DNA of 62,943 nt, counting the filler, from Reclinomonas americana ATCC 50394 (Eukaryota): the NCBI GenBank assembly GCA_048213135.1. It is 20 parts of 20 records of this genome, joined end to end, with 100 filler letters (N's around TTAATTAATTAA, not from the genome) between each part and the next. Parts side by side here need not be neighbours in the genome. Positions count along the whole stretch, not along the records: positions 32,304 to 35,322 come from AFZH01019954.1; positions 35,423 to 38,066 come from AFZH01019956.1; positions 38,167 to 42,265 come from AFZH01019957.1; positions 42,366 to 47,756 come from AFZH01019958.1; 16 more parts are not named here. One strand, 5' to 3'. The stretch's first letter is position 1. Each line of letters opens with the position of its first letter. The translations under genes and the position numbers were made by a program. The notes under the pieces are model-generated. The model saw only the letters and a program-made list of their open reading frames with translations, was not told the DNA's origin and did not search any database. Positions 33,586 to 43,786 of this stretch are shown here, one piece after another.

Positions 33586-33614
33586 AGCAGACGCCCTTCG
33601 GGGCGTTTTCTGCT
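33586..33614 (+). terminator. Intrinsic terminator-like hairpin after tRNA-Gly
   Basis: ACGCCC-TTCG-GGGCGT followed by TTT. Confidence 0.7.
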
Positions 33615-33919
33615 TCCCCGCCCCCTCCGGCGCCGCCGGGGAAGCAGCAGAAAGCATTTGCCGCGTTGTGCGCTGCAGCACGAAAATGCGGCTCTCCTGG
33701 CACGTCCCCGGAAACGGTACGGACGTGTCGAACATCCTCTTGACGACAGTTGCGCCCGTTGCGGGCGGCACAGTCGGCATTGTCTCCGTGCTGCTCCCTC
33801 TTCGAACCCGCTCGGCTATTCGAGCACGCCTATTTGAACAACGCCGCCGATTAAGCGGCCGGCCGGCGCCCCAAATGGTGCCCAACGGCCACATGCCCGC
33901 TTCGCAGCGGGGCGACTGC

Positions 33920-34166
33920 CTGATCGTGCAATCTCTGCACCAGATCGCGAAGGCCTCTGGAGCGAACAACGCGATCCTCGACAATTGCCATGTCCGTGTG
34001 AGCTTCGCGACCAACGACGAACGTACCGCGAAACGCGTCTCCGGAGTTCGCGATCATGCTCGACGAAGAGCCGGAAGACACCGCACGCCAGCGCCAGGCG
34101 CTACGCCGCCAGATGGCCGGCGCGCCACAGGCCGCGCCCGATCCCAACGACGGCATCGATCTTTAG
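33920..34166 (+). pseudogene. traG: Conjugal transfer coupling protein TraG/VirD4 remnant
   Basis: QSLHQIAKASGANNAILDNCHVRVSFATNDERTAKRVS is fused out of frame to a TraG-type C-terminus (DEEPEDTARQRQALRRQM...DPNDGIDL*). Confidence 0.85.
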
Positions 34167-34174
34167 CAACGGCG

Positions 34175-34590
34175 ATGCGCGACCGCTTGAACCTCTCCTT
34201 GCCCATCGCGATGATTGCGCAGTCAACGAGCTCTCAGCGCGCAAGAAAGTCTCGCGCTCGGCCATTGTCGAGGTTGCGGTGGGATCGCTCTTTCCCCCGA
34301 TGCCGTTGACAGGCGCGAGGCCACCTTCACGTGCCGCATGGGTCGCCTCTCCCGGCAAGCCCAACGGATCGAGCGAGACCTCGACATCACCGCCAAGGCG
34401 CTGAAATTATTCATACGCTTCTGGCTGACGGTCGCCCCGCCCCTACCGGGCGACGACCAGGCCCCTGCGCAGGTCAGGGGATGGGAACGATACGAAGGCT
34501 TCGTCGAAACTTTAGGTCGGCGGCTGCAAAAGGGGCAAAGCTTCCTCAAGGAGATTCCGGAGGCTGTTTTTCCGCCCGGTGAAGGCTCAA
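34175..34590 (+). pseudogene. CopG/ribbon-helix-helix regulator of the traG-trbB operon, frameshifted
   Basis: Three pieces in different frames (MRDRLNLSLP / NELSARKKVSRSAIVEVAVGS / LSPDAVDRREA...LFIRFWLT...RYEGFVETLGRRLQKG) match the RHH gene that follows traG in trb-type elements. Confidence 0.82.
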
Positions 34591-34732
34591 GGGGCTCACG
34601 ACATCGGCGAGACGTCACTCTTTGCGGTCGCAACGCCGCGGCTGGTTATCGGGATTTGCCCCCCTTTGGCTTCAGCGGTAAGGAATTGTCGGAACACAGG
34701 AATATCAACAGGCATATCTGTGGCATGATGCG

Positions 34733-35322
34733 ATGACGGCAAAGACGGGCGAGAGCGGGCAAAAGCGTCGACCGATGCAGCGCGGCAAAAGCAAGAATGA
34801 GTCACTGCCGCTGTCCGAGCAGGCCTACATCGCCATCAAGGACCGGATCATCACCCTGTTCTTCGCGCCGGGCCAATATCTCAACGAAGCGTCGATCTGC
34901 GAGCAACTGGAGATGGGCCGCACGCCCGTCCACCAGGCGCTGCAACGTTTGCAGGCCGAAGGCCTCGTCGACGTCGTGCCGCGCAAGGGCGTGATCATCC
35001 AGCCCGACTCGATGGGGCAGGTGATCGAGATCCTCGATGCGCGCCTGGTCGTCGAGCCGGCAATCGCGGCGCGCGCCGCCGAATACGGGCGGTCCGAGGA
35101 TATCGAAGCGGCCCGTGCCATCCTCGACCACCACCGTGACGATGCCCATGGCGGTGGCCGGATCGACGCCTTCGTCGAATGTGACCGCGCCTTCCACTCC
35201 AAGATCAGCGACATGTCCCAGTCGCGCATCCTCGGCGACTTCGCCAAAGCCCTTCACGAGCGCTCGATCCGCGCCTGGTATCTGCACCTCTGGCAGACGC
35301 TAGACACCGACGCATCCGACCG
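34733..35322 (+). CDS. GntR-family (FCD) transcriptional regulator (3' partial)
   Basis: LSEQAYIAIKDRI...GRTPVHQALQRLQAEGLV HTH and DRAFH motif. Confidence 0.93.
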
Positions 35323-35422
35323 NNNNNNNNNNNNNNNNNNNNNNNNNNNNNNNNNNNNNNNNNNNNTTAATTAATTAANNNNNNNNNNNNNNNNNNNNNN
35401 NNNNNNNNNNNNNNNNNNNNNN

Positions 35423-35706
35423 GCGTTCTTGAGCGCCGACGGCACCGAGCGATTGTACTCGGGCGAGACGATCAGCACGCCATCGGCCGCTTCGATCTCC
35501 TCTTTGAAATGCAGCACCTCCGGCGGCAGCGCGCGGTCCATGTCGCGGTTGTAGAGCGGCAGCTCGCCGAGATTGCTCTCCCGGAACTCGAGATGATCGA
35601 TGCCGAGCCGTATGAGTGCCGACGCCAGCCGGCGATTGATCGAGTCGCGGCTGAGCGAGCCGACCAGGAGGGCGATGCGGGGCTTGGTCACGGCGTATCC
35701 CGTCAA
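35423..35706 (-). CDS. NADPH-dependent FMN reductase (3' partial)
   Basis: LVGSLSRDSINRRLA, LPLYNRD and SPEYNRSVPSALKN. Confidence 0.93.
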
Positions 35707-36485
35707 TGCCTGACTTCGCTGAACCAGGGTTTGAGCGCGATGTCGATGAAGGCGACGGCGGCGTAGAGCACCATGCCGAGCACCGCCAGCGCCAGGAGCG
35801 CGGCGAAGGCAAGAGGCGTGTTCACCTGCGAGTTGGCGACAAGCAGCAGGTTGCCGAGCCCCTCGTTCGAGCTGATGAACTCGCCGATCACCGCGCCGAT
35901 GACCGCGAGCGTGATCGCGACCTTCGAGCCGGTGATGACGAAGGGGAGCGCAGCCGGGAACCTGATCTTCCAGAAGGTCTGCCAGCCGCTGGCGCGAACC
36001 GAAGCGGCAAGGTCGAGCATTTCCGTCGGCGTCGAGCGCAGACCCGTCGCGGTGTCGACCACGATGGGGAAGAAGGCGACGAGCCAGGCGATGGCGAGCT
36101 TGGATTCGATGCCGGTGCCAAGCCAGACCAGGATCAGCGGCGCCAGCGCCACCTTGGGCAGGGCCTGCGTCGCGATCAGCAGCGGGTAGAACATCAGGTT
36201 GAGCGTGCGCGACGAGGAGATCGCCACCGCGATCGGAATGCCCAGGAAGAAGGCGAGCAGGAAGCCGTAGACGCTTTCAAGCAGCGTCACTCGCCCCTCG
36301 GAGAGCAGCAGCGGCAGATTGTTCAAGGTCGCGTTCCAGACCGCGAGCGGGCGCGGCAGCACGGCCTGCGGTACGTCGAACAGCACGATGTAGCCCTGCC
36401 AGAGCAGGAGGAGCAGCAAGAGGCCGAGCACCGGATAGGCGATCCGCGTGACGGCGTCGGAGGAGATTGGCATAGGTCTGGCCAT
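35703..36485 (-). CDS. NitT/TauT-family ABC transporter permease
   Basis: LPRPLAV, QALPKVALAPL and AVIGAVIGEF motifs; start overlaps the ATPase stop. Confidence 0.93.
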   Translation of the reverse strand: MARPMPISSDAVTRIAYPVLGLLLLLLLWQGYIVLFDVPQAVLPRPLAVWNATLNNLPLLLSEGRVTLLESVYGFLLAFFLGIPIAVAISSSRTLNLMFYPLLIATQALPKVALAPLILVWLGTGIESKLAIAWLVAFFPIVVDTATGLRSTPTEMLDLAASVRASGWQTFWKIRFPAALPFVITGSKVAITLAVIGAVIGEFISSNEGLGNLLLVANSQVNTPLAFAALLALAVLGMVLYAAVAFIDIALKPWFSEVRH

Positions 36486-37297
36486 CACGCGTGATGAAGG
36501 ACGCCGAGTCCGGCACCTGCGCGGCGCTCGTACTCGCGGAAGCCTGCGGTGTAGCGCAGTGCCGCCTCGCGCGGATAAGGCAGGTCGATCCTGATCCGGT
36601 CGGAGACGCGGCCCGGCCGGGCGCTGAAGACCAGGACCTCGTCTGCGAGATAGACCGCCTCGGAGATCGAATGCGTCACGAACATCACCGTGGCGCCGGT
36701 CAGGCGCCGGATGTCGAGCAGCAATTCGTGCATCTCCATGCGGGTGAGCTCGTCGAGGGCACCGAAGGGCTCGTCCATCAGGATGAGCGAAGGCGAATGG
36801 ATCAGCGCACGGCAAAGCGCGACACGCTGCTTCATGCCGCCGGAGAGTTCGTGCGGGCGGCTCCTCAGGAACTTGCCGAGCCCGACATGCTCCAGCAGCT
36901 CGATCGCGCGCGCCTTCGCGGCAGCGTCGAGCCGTCCCTTGATTTCCATCGGGAACAGCACATTCGAGAGCACCGTGCGCCAGGGCAGCAGGTTCGGGCT
37001 CTGGAAGACGAAGCCGAAATCGTCCTGCGGCTCGGTGACCTCGCGGCCGCGGATCACGACACTGCCGCCGCTCGGCTTGGTCAGTCCCGCCACCATCCGC
37101 AGCAAGGTGGTCTTGCCGCAGCCGCTGGGGCCGAGCAGGGCGACGAGCTCGCCCTTCCTGAGTTCGTAGTCGACATCGGAGAGCGCCACCATGGCGCCTT
37201 CCTGCTTGCCGAAGACCTTACGGACACCGGTGAAGCGGCCATAGATCTCGCCCGCCTCCAGGGGCGTGCCCTGCGGTTCTGCGATGGCGGGGATCAC
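36485..37297 (-). CDS. NitT/TauT-family ABC transporter ATP-binding protein
   Basis: GPSGCGKT, LSGGMKQRV and LMDEPFGALD. Confidence 0.96.
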   Translation of the reverse strand: MIPAIAEPQGTPLEAGEIYGRFTGVRKVFGKQEGAMVALSDVDYELRKGELVALLGPSGCGKTTLLRMVAGLTKPSGGSVVIRGREVTEPQDDFGFVFQSPNLLPWRTVLSNVLFPMEIKGRLDAAAKARAIELLEHVGLGKFLRSRPHELSGGMKQRVALCRALIHSPSLILMDEPFGALDELTRMEMHELLLDIRRLTGATVMFVTHSISEAVYLADEVLVFSARPGRVSDRIRIDLPYPREAALRYTAGFREYERRAGAGLGVLHHA

Positions 37298-38066
37298 GGA
37301 AGAACCGGCGTCGCGGGGAGCAGGGTCGCGTCGTAGACATCGCCAGCGGCCAGCTTGGCGCCTGGAAGGGTCTGGAGGATGAGCGATACGGAGGAGGCCA
37401 TCGCCTCGGGGTCGATCGCGCCCAGCCCTCGCTTGGCGGTGACGTCGGTCTTGACCAGCTCGCTGACGATCTCGATCTCTTCCAGGACGACATCCTTCTC
37501 CAGGCCCTTGTTGAGCTTGACGACGATATCGGCCGCTTCTTCCGGCTTGGCGATCGTGTCCTTCCAGCCCTGCAGCGAGGCCGCGATGAAGGCCTTGATC
37601 AGGTCGGGCTTCGACTTGATCAGGTCATCGCGCACGACGATGCCGTTCGAGTAGAGCACCAGCCCGTCATTGGCGAGGAGGTAGGTGCGGGCATTCGACG
37701 AGCCGACCGCCTTGGCGACGCCCGGACGCGTCATCACGAAGGTCTCGATCGACGGGATCTTCTTGGCGGCGAGCATGCCGACGCGGGCGGACGGGTCGAT
37801 ATTGGTGAACTTGGCCGGCGTCGTGATGCCCTTCTGCGCCATGAAGGCTTCGATCACCTTCTGGGTGAAGCTGCCGGCGCCGCTGCCGATCTCGAGCCCG
37901 GCGAGCTGGTCGGCCGAGCGGACATTGGCGCCGTCGCGCAGCGAAAAGATCGCATAGGGCGCCTTCTGATAGATGACCGAGACCATCCTGGCGGTCGAAC
38001 CGCCATTGGCCCGGGCCGCAACGACGCCAGCGACGTCGGAGAAGGCGATCTGCGCGGTTCCGGCCT
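37294..38066 (-). CDS. NMT1/THI5-like ABC substrate-binding protein (5' partial)
   Basis: Long ORF in the operon with permease and ATPase; LYSNGIVV...KPDLIKAFIAASLQGW pattern. Confidence 0.85.
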
Positions 38067-38212
38067 NNNNNNNNNNNNNNNNNNNNNNNNNNNNNNNNNN
38101 NNNNNNNNNNTTAATTAATTAANNNNNNNNNNNNNNNNNNNNNNNNNNNNNNNNNNNNNNNNNNNNAGGAACGGCGCGAGAAGGGGCAGGGCAAGGAGGC
38201 GCCTGCGCTCGA

Positions 38213-38539
38213 TCATGGGGCTGGGGGCGTCGCGGCGGCCGGCGCCTTCATTTCGACCAGCACGTTGCGGTACTGCCAGGAACTGACGTTTTCGAGTTCA
38301 TGCGGAACGCCGGGCATGCGCCAGAGGCAGACGCCCGGCTTCTCGTCTGTCGCGATCTCGCGCCCGTCATCGAAGCGCATGATGTTCTTGCCCTCGGTCA
38401 GGGGTACGATCAGATAGGGCAACTCGTGGACATGGCGCGATTGAATCTGGCCGGGGTCGAGCTCGACGAGCCAGACTCTGATATGTTCGTTCTCCAGGAT
38501 GATCCTGTCGCCGATCGTCCCGATGCCACTGGTTTTCAT
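38213..38539 (-). CDS. Cupin-domain protein
   Basis: ENEHIRVW..LDPGQ...HVHELPY...GVPHELEN...LVEMK, with a GGAGG RBS. Confidence 0.85.
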   Translation of the reverse strand: MKTSGIGTIGDRIILENEHIRVWLVELDPGQIQSRHVHELPYLIVPLTEGKNIMRFDDGREIATDEKPGVCLWRMPGVPHELENVSSWQYRNVLVEMKAPAAATPPAP

Positions 38540-38785
38540 GTCAGAGCCCTCCACCTCAGCCGGCGCGCACAAGAGCCTGTCGGCGCAATGGAGTTATAAA
38601 ATCTCTTGTGAAATATTTGCAACGTGATCGCCGTGAACCGGGGGCCGACATCGCCAGAGTGCCCCGTGAAAGCTCGCCGACGACGTCAAGCCAGAGCGCT
38701 TGCGATTGGATCCCCATTGTCTCCGCGCCGATCGGAGTGTCACTCGACGTCGCGAGATCGCGCGTGCGGTAGCGATCCCGGCCGC

Positions 38786-38811
38786 GGAACTTCGCGCTCG
38801 TCTCGAGGGTT
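38786..38811 (+). promoter_or_regulatory. EcfG (sigma-T/RpoE2)-type general stress promoter
   Basis: GGAAC-N17-GGTT, 30 nt upstream of a general stress protein gene. Confidence 0.75.
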
Positions 38812-38841
38812 GTCCCGCAAACGCCGCCACAGGAGCCTGTC

Positions 38842-39333
38842 ATGCCGACACCGAACGAGCTTGAAGCCAAACTCTGGAAGGCGCTTCGCTCCGACATGAC
38901 AGTCATGCTTGGGCTCGAAAGATCGAACGACAACCTCATTCGGCCGATGACGGTGCAGATCGACGGCGACGCCGATCGCGGGCCGCTGTGGATCTTCTCG
39001 GCGAACGACACCGAATTGGTGAAGGCGCTAGGGGGAAGCGAGAACGCATTCATCTCCTTTGCCGACAAAGGGCACGACCTGTTCGCCAAGATCAGCGGCA
39101 CACTGACCCTCGACAATGACCGGGCGGTCATCGATCGGATTTGGACCCGCTTCGTTGCGGCCTGGTTCGAGCAAGGCAAGGATGACCCCAAGCTTGCTCT
39201 ACTGCGCTTCGATCCGCACCAGGCGGAGATCTGGGAGAACGAGTGGAGCCTGATCGCGGGCATCAAGCTGTTGTTCGGCTCCGATCCCAAGAGGGATTAT
39301 GCGGACAAGACCGCCAACGTACGGCTCGACTGA
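38842..39333 (+). CDS. General stress protein, pyridoxamine 5'-phosphate oxidase-like family
   Basis: KLWKALRSDMTVMLG, RPMT and AWFEQGKDDPKLALLRFD...AEIW; AGGAG RBS. Confidence 0.9.
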   Translation: MPTPNELEAKLWKALRSDMTVMLGLERSNDNLIRPMTVQIDGDADRGPLWIFSANDTELVKALGGSENAFISFADKGHDLFAKISGTLTLDNDRAVIDRIWTRFVAAWFEQGKDDPKLALLRFDPHQAEIWENEWSLIAGIKLLFGSDPKRDYADKTANVRLD

Positions 39334-39374
39334 CCAGCCATGAGCCCTCGCCTCCGAAATACCGAGCGCAAGTG

Positions 39375-39659
39375 ATGATCAAGACCATACTCAACAGCGT
39401 CGCGACCGCATGGATTGCGCGCGATGCCGAGCGCGGGGATATCCCTGAGGGGATGTCGGTTCCATTGACGCTGCTCGCGGCGAGGCTGCCTGCGCCGATC
39501 CTCGTTGCTGGAGCGGTCGGCTATGGTCTCTATCGCCTGAACATTGAGACACGAGCGCGCCGGGCCAAGGACGTCACTCCAAAACGTCGGCGTGCAGCGC
39601 CGCGGAAAACACCTTCGAGCCCAAATCCCCGAGGCAGCCGCGGCGGGGCTCCGAGCTGA
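39375..39659 (+). CDS. Hypothetical small membrane protein
   Basis: One hydrophobic segment followed by a basic tail; co-oriented with the upstream gene. Confidence 0.6.
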   Translation: MIKTILNSVATAWIARDAERGDIPEGMSVPLTLLAARLPAPILVAGAVGYGLYRLNIETRARRAKDVTPKRRRAAPRKTPSSPNPRGSRGGAPS

Positions 39660-39862
39660 TCGACGCAAGAGCAATTCCGGATCAGGTCTGCTTCGGTCGA
39701 ATCCGATGAGGCAAAGCGTCGATAGCTTTGTCAGCACCCTGATCCTTGGGGAGCACGCCTTGACGCTTCCTCCGATTGCGATTGCAACCGGAGCAAAGGT
39801 TGGTTGCTCTTCGTATTGGGACGGCCATCAACCGGTTGGCTGGGGCATGCGGCAGGCGCGGC

Positions 39863-40072
39863 CTACTCGGCCTTGAGATTCTCTGCAGATGACTTGCCGG
39901 ATCGCTTGTCGGCGACGACCTCATAGGAAATCTTCTGGCCTTCGAGCAGCTCGCGAAGGCCAGCCCGCTGCACCGCGCTGATATGAACGAACACGTCCTG
40001 CCCACCACCATCGGGCTGAATGAAGCCGAAACCCTTCGTCGTGTTGAACCATTTTACCGTGCCGGTCGCCAT
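39863..40072 (-). CDS. Cold-shock protein (CspA family)
   Basis: [20 protein letters not shown]...DVFVHISA. Confidence 0.98.
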   Translation of the reverse strand: MATGTVKWFNTTKGFGFIQPDGGGQDVFVHISAVQRAGLRELLEGQKISYEVVADKRSGKSSAENLKAE

Positions 40073-40222
40073 TCCTGCCTCCTCGTCGGGATCGCGAGCA
40101 TGACCGCCGTGGTCGCGGAGGGCAATCGCCCGGCGACCATTTTATGTTTTTAAAACTCTGTCATTTGCTATTGCGCACATCACGCGTCCCGGCCATGGAG
40201 GCCGGCCCGCAGAGACTTATTG

Positions 40223-41716
40223 ATGCCTATCTCCCAAGCGCAGTTTCTCAGATCCAACCTCATTCTGCTCGCCGGTGCGGCGATTGCGCTGCTGGTCATC
40301 GTCATCGCGGCGTTCTGGCTGACCCGGGCTTCGGAACGCCAGTTTGACGAGGTGGTCGCCTTCCGCGAGACGCGCAGCGCAACGGCTGACCTCCTCTCGC
40401 TTGCGCAGGACGCCGAGACCGGCCAGCGTGGCTATCTGCTCTCGCGCGACGCTGCCTATCTCCGCCCCTACACCGATGCCATTGCCCGGTTCGAGCCGAC
40501 GCTGCAGCGCCTGAAGGCTTCCGCCGGAGCAGCCGAACTGGCGCAGGCCGAGGTCGCCCGGCTGGAGGACGCCTTGCGGGGCAAACTGGCGGAGTTGGCT
40601 CAAACGATCGCCCTAGCGCAACGCGGCGTCTGGGACGAGGCGATTGCCACGGTCCGTCAGGGCTCGGGCCGCTATCTGATGGACGAGGTTCGCGACGGGT
40701 TCGGCAAGATCATCGCCCAATCCGAGCAACGGCTTCAGCAGGCCATAGCCGGTCAGGAAACCGCATCAGCACGGCTGCGCTGGACCATCGTTCTCGGTGC
40801 TCTGGTCATTACTCTCTTCGCTGCGGCGGCATTCTGGACAATCATGCGCTATACGCGCGAGATCATCGCCGCTCGATCCGAGGTCACGGCCCTCAACATC
40901 GGGCTCGAACAGCGCGTGCAAGAGCGTACCGAAGCGCTCACCCGGGCCAATGAGGAAATCCAGCGCTTCGCCTATATCGTGACCCATGATCTGCGGGCGC
41001 CTCTCGTGAATATCATGGGTTTCACGAGTGAGCTCGAAGCGACTGCTGCGCCGATCAAGGCCTATTTCGATGCCGGCGAAGCAGCTACCCCGGCGGTATT
41101 GGAGGAAGCCCGCACGGCGGTCGCCATGGACCTGCCGGAAGCGATCAGCTTCATACGATCCTCGACGCGCAAGATGGACGGGCTGATCAATGCCATCCTG
41201 AAAATCTCGCGTGAGGGAAAGCGCGTGCTGCGCGCCGAAGCGATCGACCTTCCTGCCGCGCTGCAGGCTGCTGCGGCGGCCGTGCATCATCAGGCGACGG
41301 AGAACGGCGACGGCATCACCGTCGAATCTCCGCCGCTGAAGATCCGCAGCGATCGGCTGTCGATCGAACAGGTCCTGGGCAACCTCCTGGACAATGCGAT
41401 CAAGTACCGGTCGCCCAAGCGCGAACTTCACGTGGTCATGCGCGCGAAGCGGGAGAAATCGGGCTGGGTTGTCATCGAGGTCGAAGACAATGGCCGCGGT
41501 ATCGCAGCGACCGACCACGAACGGATTTTTGAGCTTTTTCGCCGATCAGGCGCGCAGGACAAGCCGGGCGAAGGCATCGGGCTGGCGCATGTCCGGACAA
41601 TCGTCCGCAACCTCGGCGGCGACATCACCGTCAGCTCCGAACTGGACGCTGGCACGACCTTTTCGATCTTGTTGCCGCCCGATCTCAGCGCGGTTCAGCG
41701 GAGTACCTCCACGTGA
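40223..41716 (+). CDS. CHASE3-domain sensor histidine kinase
   Basis: DAETGQRGYLL (CHASE3), FAYIVTHDLRAPL (H-box), NLLDNAIKY, DNGRGI and GEGIGLA. Confidence 0.96.
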   Translation: MPISQAQFLRSNLILLAGAAIALLVIVIAAFWLTRASERQFDEVVAFRETRSATADLLSLAQDAETGQRGYLLSRDAAYLRPYTDAIARFEPTLQRLKASAGAAELAQAEVARLEDALRGKLAELAQTIALAQRGVWDEAIATVRQGSGRYLMDEVRDGFGKIIAQSEQRLQQAIAGQETASARLRWTIVLGALVITLFAAAAFWTIMRYTREIIAARSEVTALNIGLEQRVQERTEALTRANEEIQRFAYIVTHDLRAPLVNIMGFTSELEATAAPIKAYFDAGEAATPAVLEEARTAVAMDLPEAISFIRSSTRKMDGLINAILKISREGKRVLRAEAIDLPAALQAAAAAVHHQATENGDGITVESPPLKIRSDRLSIEQVLGNLLDNAIKYRSPKRELHVVMRAKREKSGWVVIEVEDNGRGIAATDHERIFELFRRSGAQDKPGEGIGLAHVRTIVRNLGGDITVSSELDAGTTFSILLPPDLSAVQRSTST

Positions 41717-42156
41717 GCAATGGAAAGCCGGTTTCGATCGTGATGATCGAGGACGATGAGGGGCATGCCCGCCTCATCGAGAAGAACATCCGCCGTGCGG
41801 GAGTGAACAACGAGATCATCCCCTTCCAGAACGGGACGGATGCTCTCGCGTTTCTATTCGGTGCAGACGGGACGGGCGAGGCCAGCTCCCGGCGGCATTT
41901 GCTCATCCTGCTCGATCTGAACCTGCCGGACATGGCTGGCGTCGACATCCTCGAGAAGGTCAAGGCTAACCAGCATACCCGCCGCTCGCCAGTCATCGTT
42001 TTGACTACGACCGACGACAGTCGCGAGATCCAGCGCTGCTACGATCTGGGTGCGAACGTCTACATCACCAAGCCCGTCGACTACGAGGGCTTCGCCAACG
42101 CCATCAAGCAGCTGGGGTTGTTCTTCTCGGTGATGCAGGTTCCGGAAACCGAATGA
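41713..42156 (+). CDS. Single-domain response regulator (Rcp1-like)
   Basis: IEDDEGHA, LLDLNLPD and YDLGANVYITKPV. Confidence 0.96.
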   Translation: MSNGKPVSIVMIEDDEGHARLIEKNIRRAGVNNEIIPFQNGTDALAFLFGADGTGEASSRRHLLILLDLNLPDMAGVDILEKVKANQHTRRSPVIVLTTTDDSREIQRCYDLGANVYITKPVDYEGFANAIKQLGLFFSVMQVPETE

Positions 42157-42178
42157 TCCAGTCAATGGCGGCGCGGTA

Positions 42179-43184
42179 ATGCCCAACCGCATCATCAAGG
42201 CTCTCTATATCGATGACGACGCCGCTCTGGGACGGCTCGTCCAACGCATTCTTGGCCGCCGCGGCNNNNNNNNNNNNNNNNNNNNNNNNNNNNNNNNNNN
42301 NNNNNNNNNTTAATTAATTAANNNNNNNNNNNNNNNNNNNNNNNNNNNNNNNNNNNNNNNNNNNNCAGGCGCCTCCCGTCGTATACGTCACGGCTTCGAC
42401 CGAGCTGTCCATCGCGGTCCAGGCGCTCAAGACCGGCGCCGTCGACTATGTCGTGAAGGCGATCGGCGACGGCTTTGAAGTGCTGCTGGTGGCTGCGCTC
42501 GAACAGGCTGTCGAACGCGCCCGGCTGATGCGGGCAAAAGAAGAGGCCGAGTTGCAGGTTCGCCAGGCCAAGGACCGGGCCGAGATGCTGCTGGCCGAGG
42601 TCAATCATCGCGTGGCAAACAGCCTGGCGCTGGTCGGCTCGCTGGTCCGGATGCAGGCCGGCGCCGTAACGGAGCCCGGGGCAAAGGCGGCGCTGGCGGA
42701 AACGCAGGCACGTATCACCGCCATCGCGAACCTGCATCGCAGCCTCTACACCTCGACCGACGTCCAGCAGGTCGACCTCGCCGCCTATCTGGAGACACTC
42801 GTCGGCGAATTGGGCAATTCGATCACCGCCTCAGGCAAGACGCCGATCGTCAGGCTCGACGCCGAGCCCGTGTCGATCAAGACCGATAGGGCCGTCTCGG
42901 TGGGCATGATCGCGACGGAGCTGGTTACCAACGCTCTGAAATATGCTTACCCGGTGGGAGATGGCGAGGTTCGCGTCAGCGTCGCGCGGAGCCCGTCCAA
43001 TCAGATCACGCTCAGCGTCGCAGATGACGGAATCGGCTGGACGGGCGAAGGCGCGGCGAAGGGCAGCGGGCTCGGTGCCAAGATCATCGCCGCGATGTCG
43101 AAAAGTCTCGGCTCGACGCTCCAATATCGCAGCCAGCCGATCGGCACGCTGGCATCCATCACGTTCGACGAAAAGCTGGGATAG
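42179..43184 (+). CDS. Receiver + HisKA_2/HWE-type histidine kinase (split across the linker 42266-42365)
   Basis: The N-terminus MPNRIIKALYIDDDAAL lies before the gap. After it come GAVDYVVK, EVNHRVANSL, ELVTNALKYAY, DDGIG and GSGLG. Confidence 0.92.
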
Positions 43185-43226
43185 GGATGGCCCATGCACG
43201 ACGAGCGAGCGACCGTCAGCATCGTT

Positions 43227-43304
43227 CTAGAGATTGATCGCCAGCGCCAAGTTGAGCGTCAGGGCCAGGTAGATCCAGAACTCCAACGAAACGCTACACC
43301 GCAT
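43227..43304 (-). CDS. Candidate 25-aa hydrophobic small protein
   Basis: MRCSVSLEFWIYLALTLNLALAINL* with an AGGGAGGGA RBS 7 nt upstream and an EcfG-like promoter. Confidence 0.5.
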   Translation of the reverse strand: MRCSVSLEFWIYLALTLNLALAINL

Positions 43305-43331
43305 CGGATCGTCCCTCCCTGGTGGCTTAGC

Positions 43332-43356
43332 AATTCCGCATCGAGTCGATCGTTCC
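43332..43356 (-). promoter_or_regulatory. EcfG-like promoter upstream of the small ORF
   Basis: GGAAC-N16-AATT on the minus strand. Confidence 0.5.
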
Positions 43357-43471
43357 GCGTCTCCCGAAAGTTGATGGAAATGCCGGGAATGTTGGCGAAC
43401 GATTGGTGGCCATTGCCCGCCTCAGCATCTGCGCGCGCCTCAGTCCATTGCGCTCGCGCAGCATGCGTGAC

Positions 43472-43774
43472 ATGACGATGGCCTGGACAACAGCCGCGGG
43501 CGCCATTGCCGCGCTTTGCTCGATGGTCAGCTTCGTGCCGCAGGCTTGGCGCATCGTCAAAAGCCGCGACACCAGCTCAATCTCGCCTGTGATGTATAGC
43601 TTCACCGTCGCCGGTTTCGCACTTTGGACCCTCTACGGGATCGGGCTCGGCGAGTGGCCTTTGATCGTGACCAATAGCATCTGCCTTCTGCTTGCGTCCT
43701 TCATCCTTCTGATGACGCTGCTGCCGCAAGCGAAAAAGGACGCGATGGCTGATACCGTGGATCCTGATGCGTGA
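43472..43774 (+). CDS. SemiSWEET (PQ-loop) transporter
   Basis: SFVPQAWRIVKSRDTSSIS, LWTLYG and WPLIVTN; three TM segments. Confidence 0.94.
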   Translation: MTMAWTTAAGAIAALCSMVSFVPQAWRIVKSRDTSSISPVMYSFTVAGFALWTLYGIGLGEWPLIVTNSICLLLASFILLMTLLPQAKKDAMADTVDPDA

Positions 43775-43786
43775 GATTGAGAGCTG

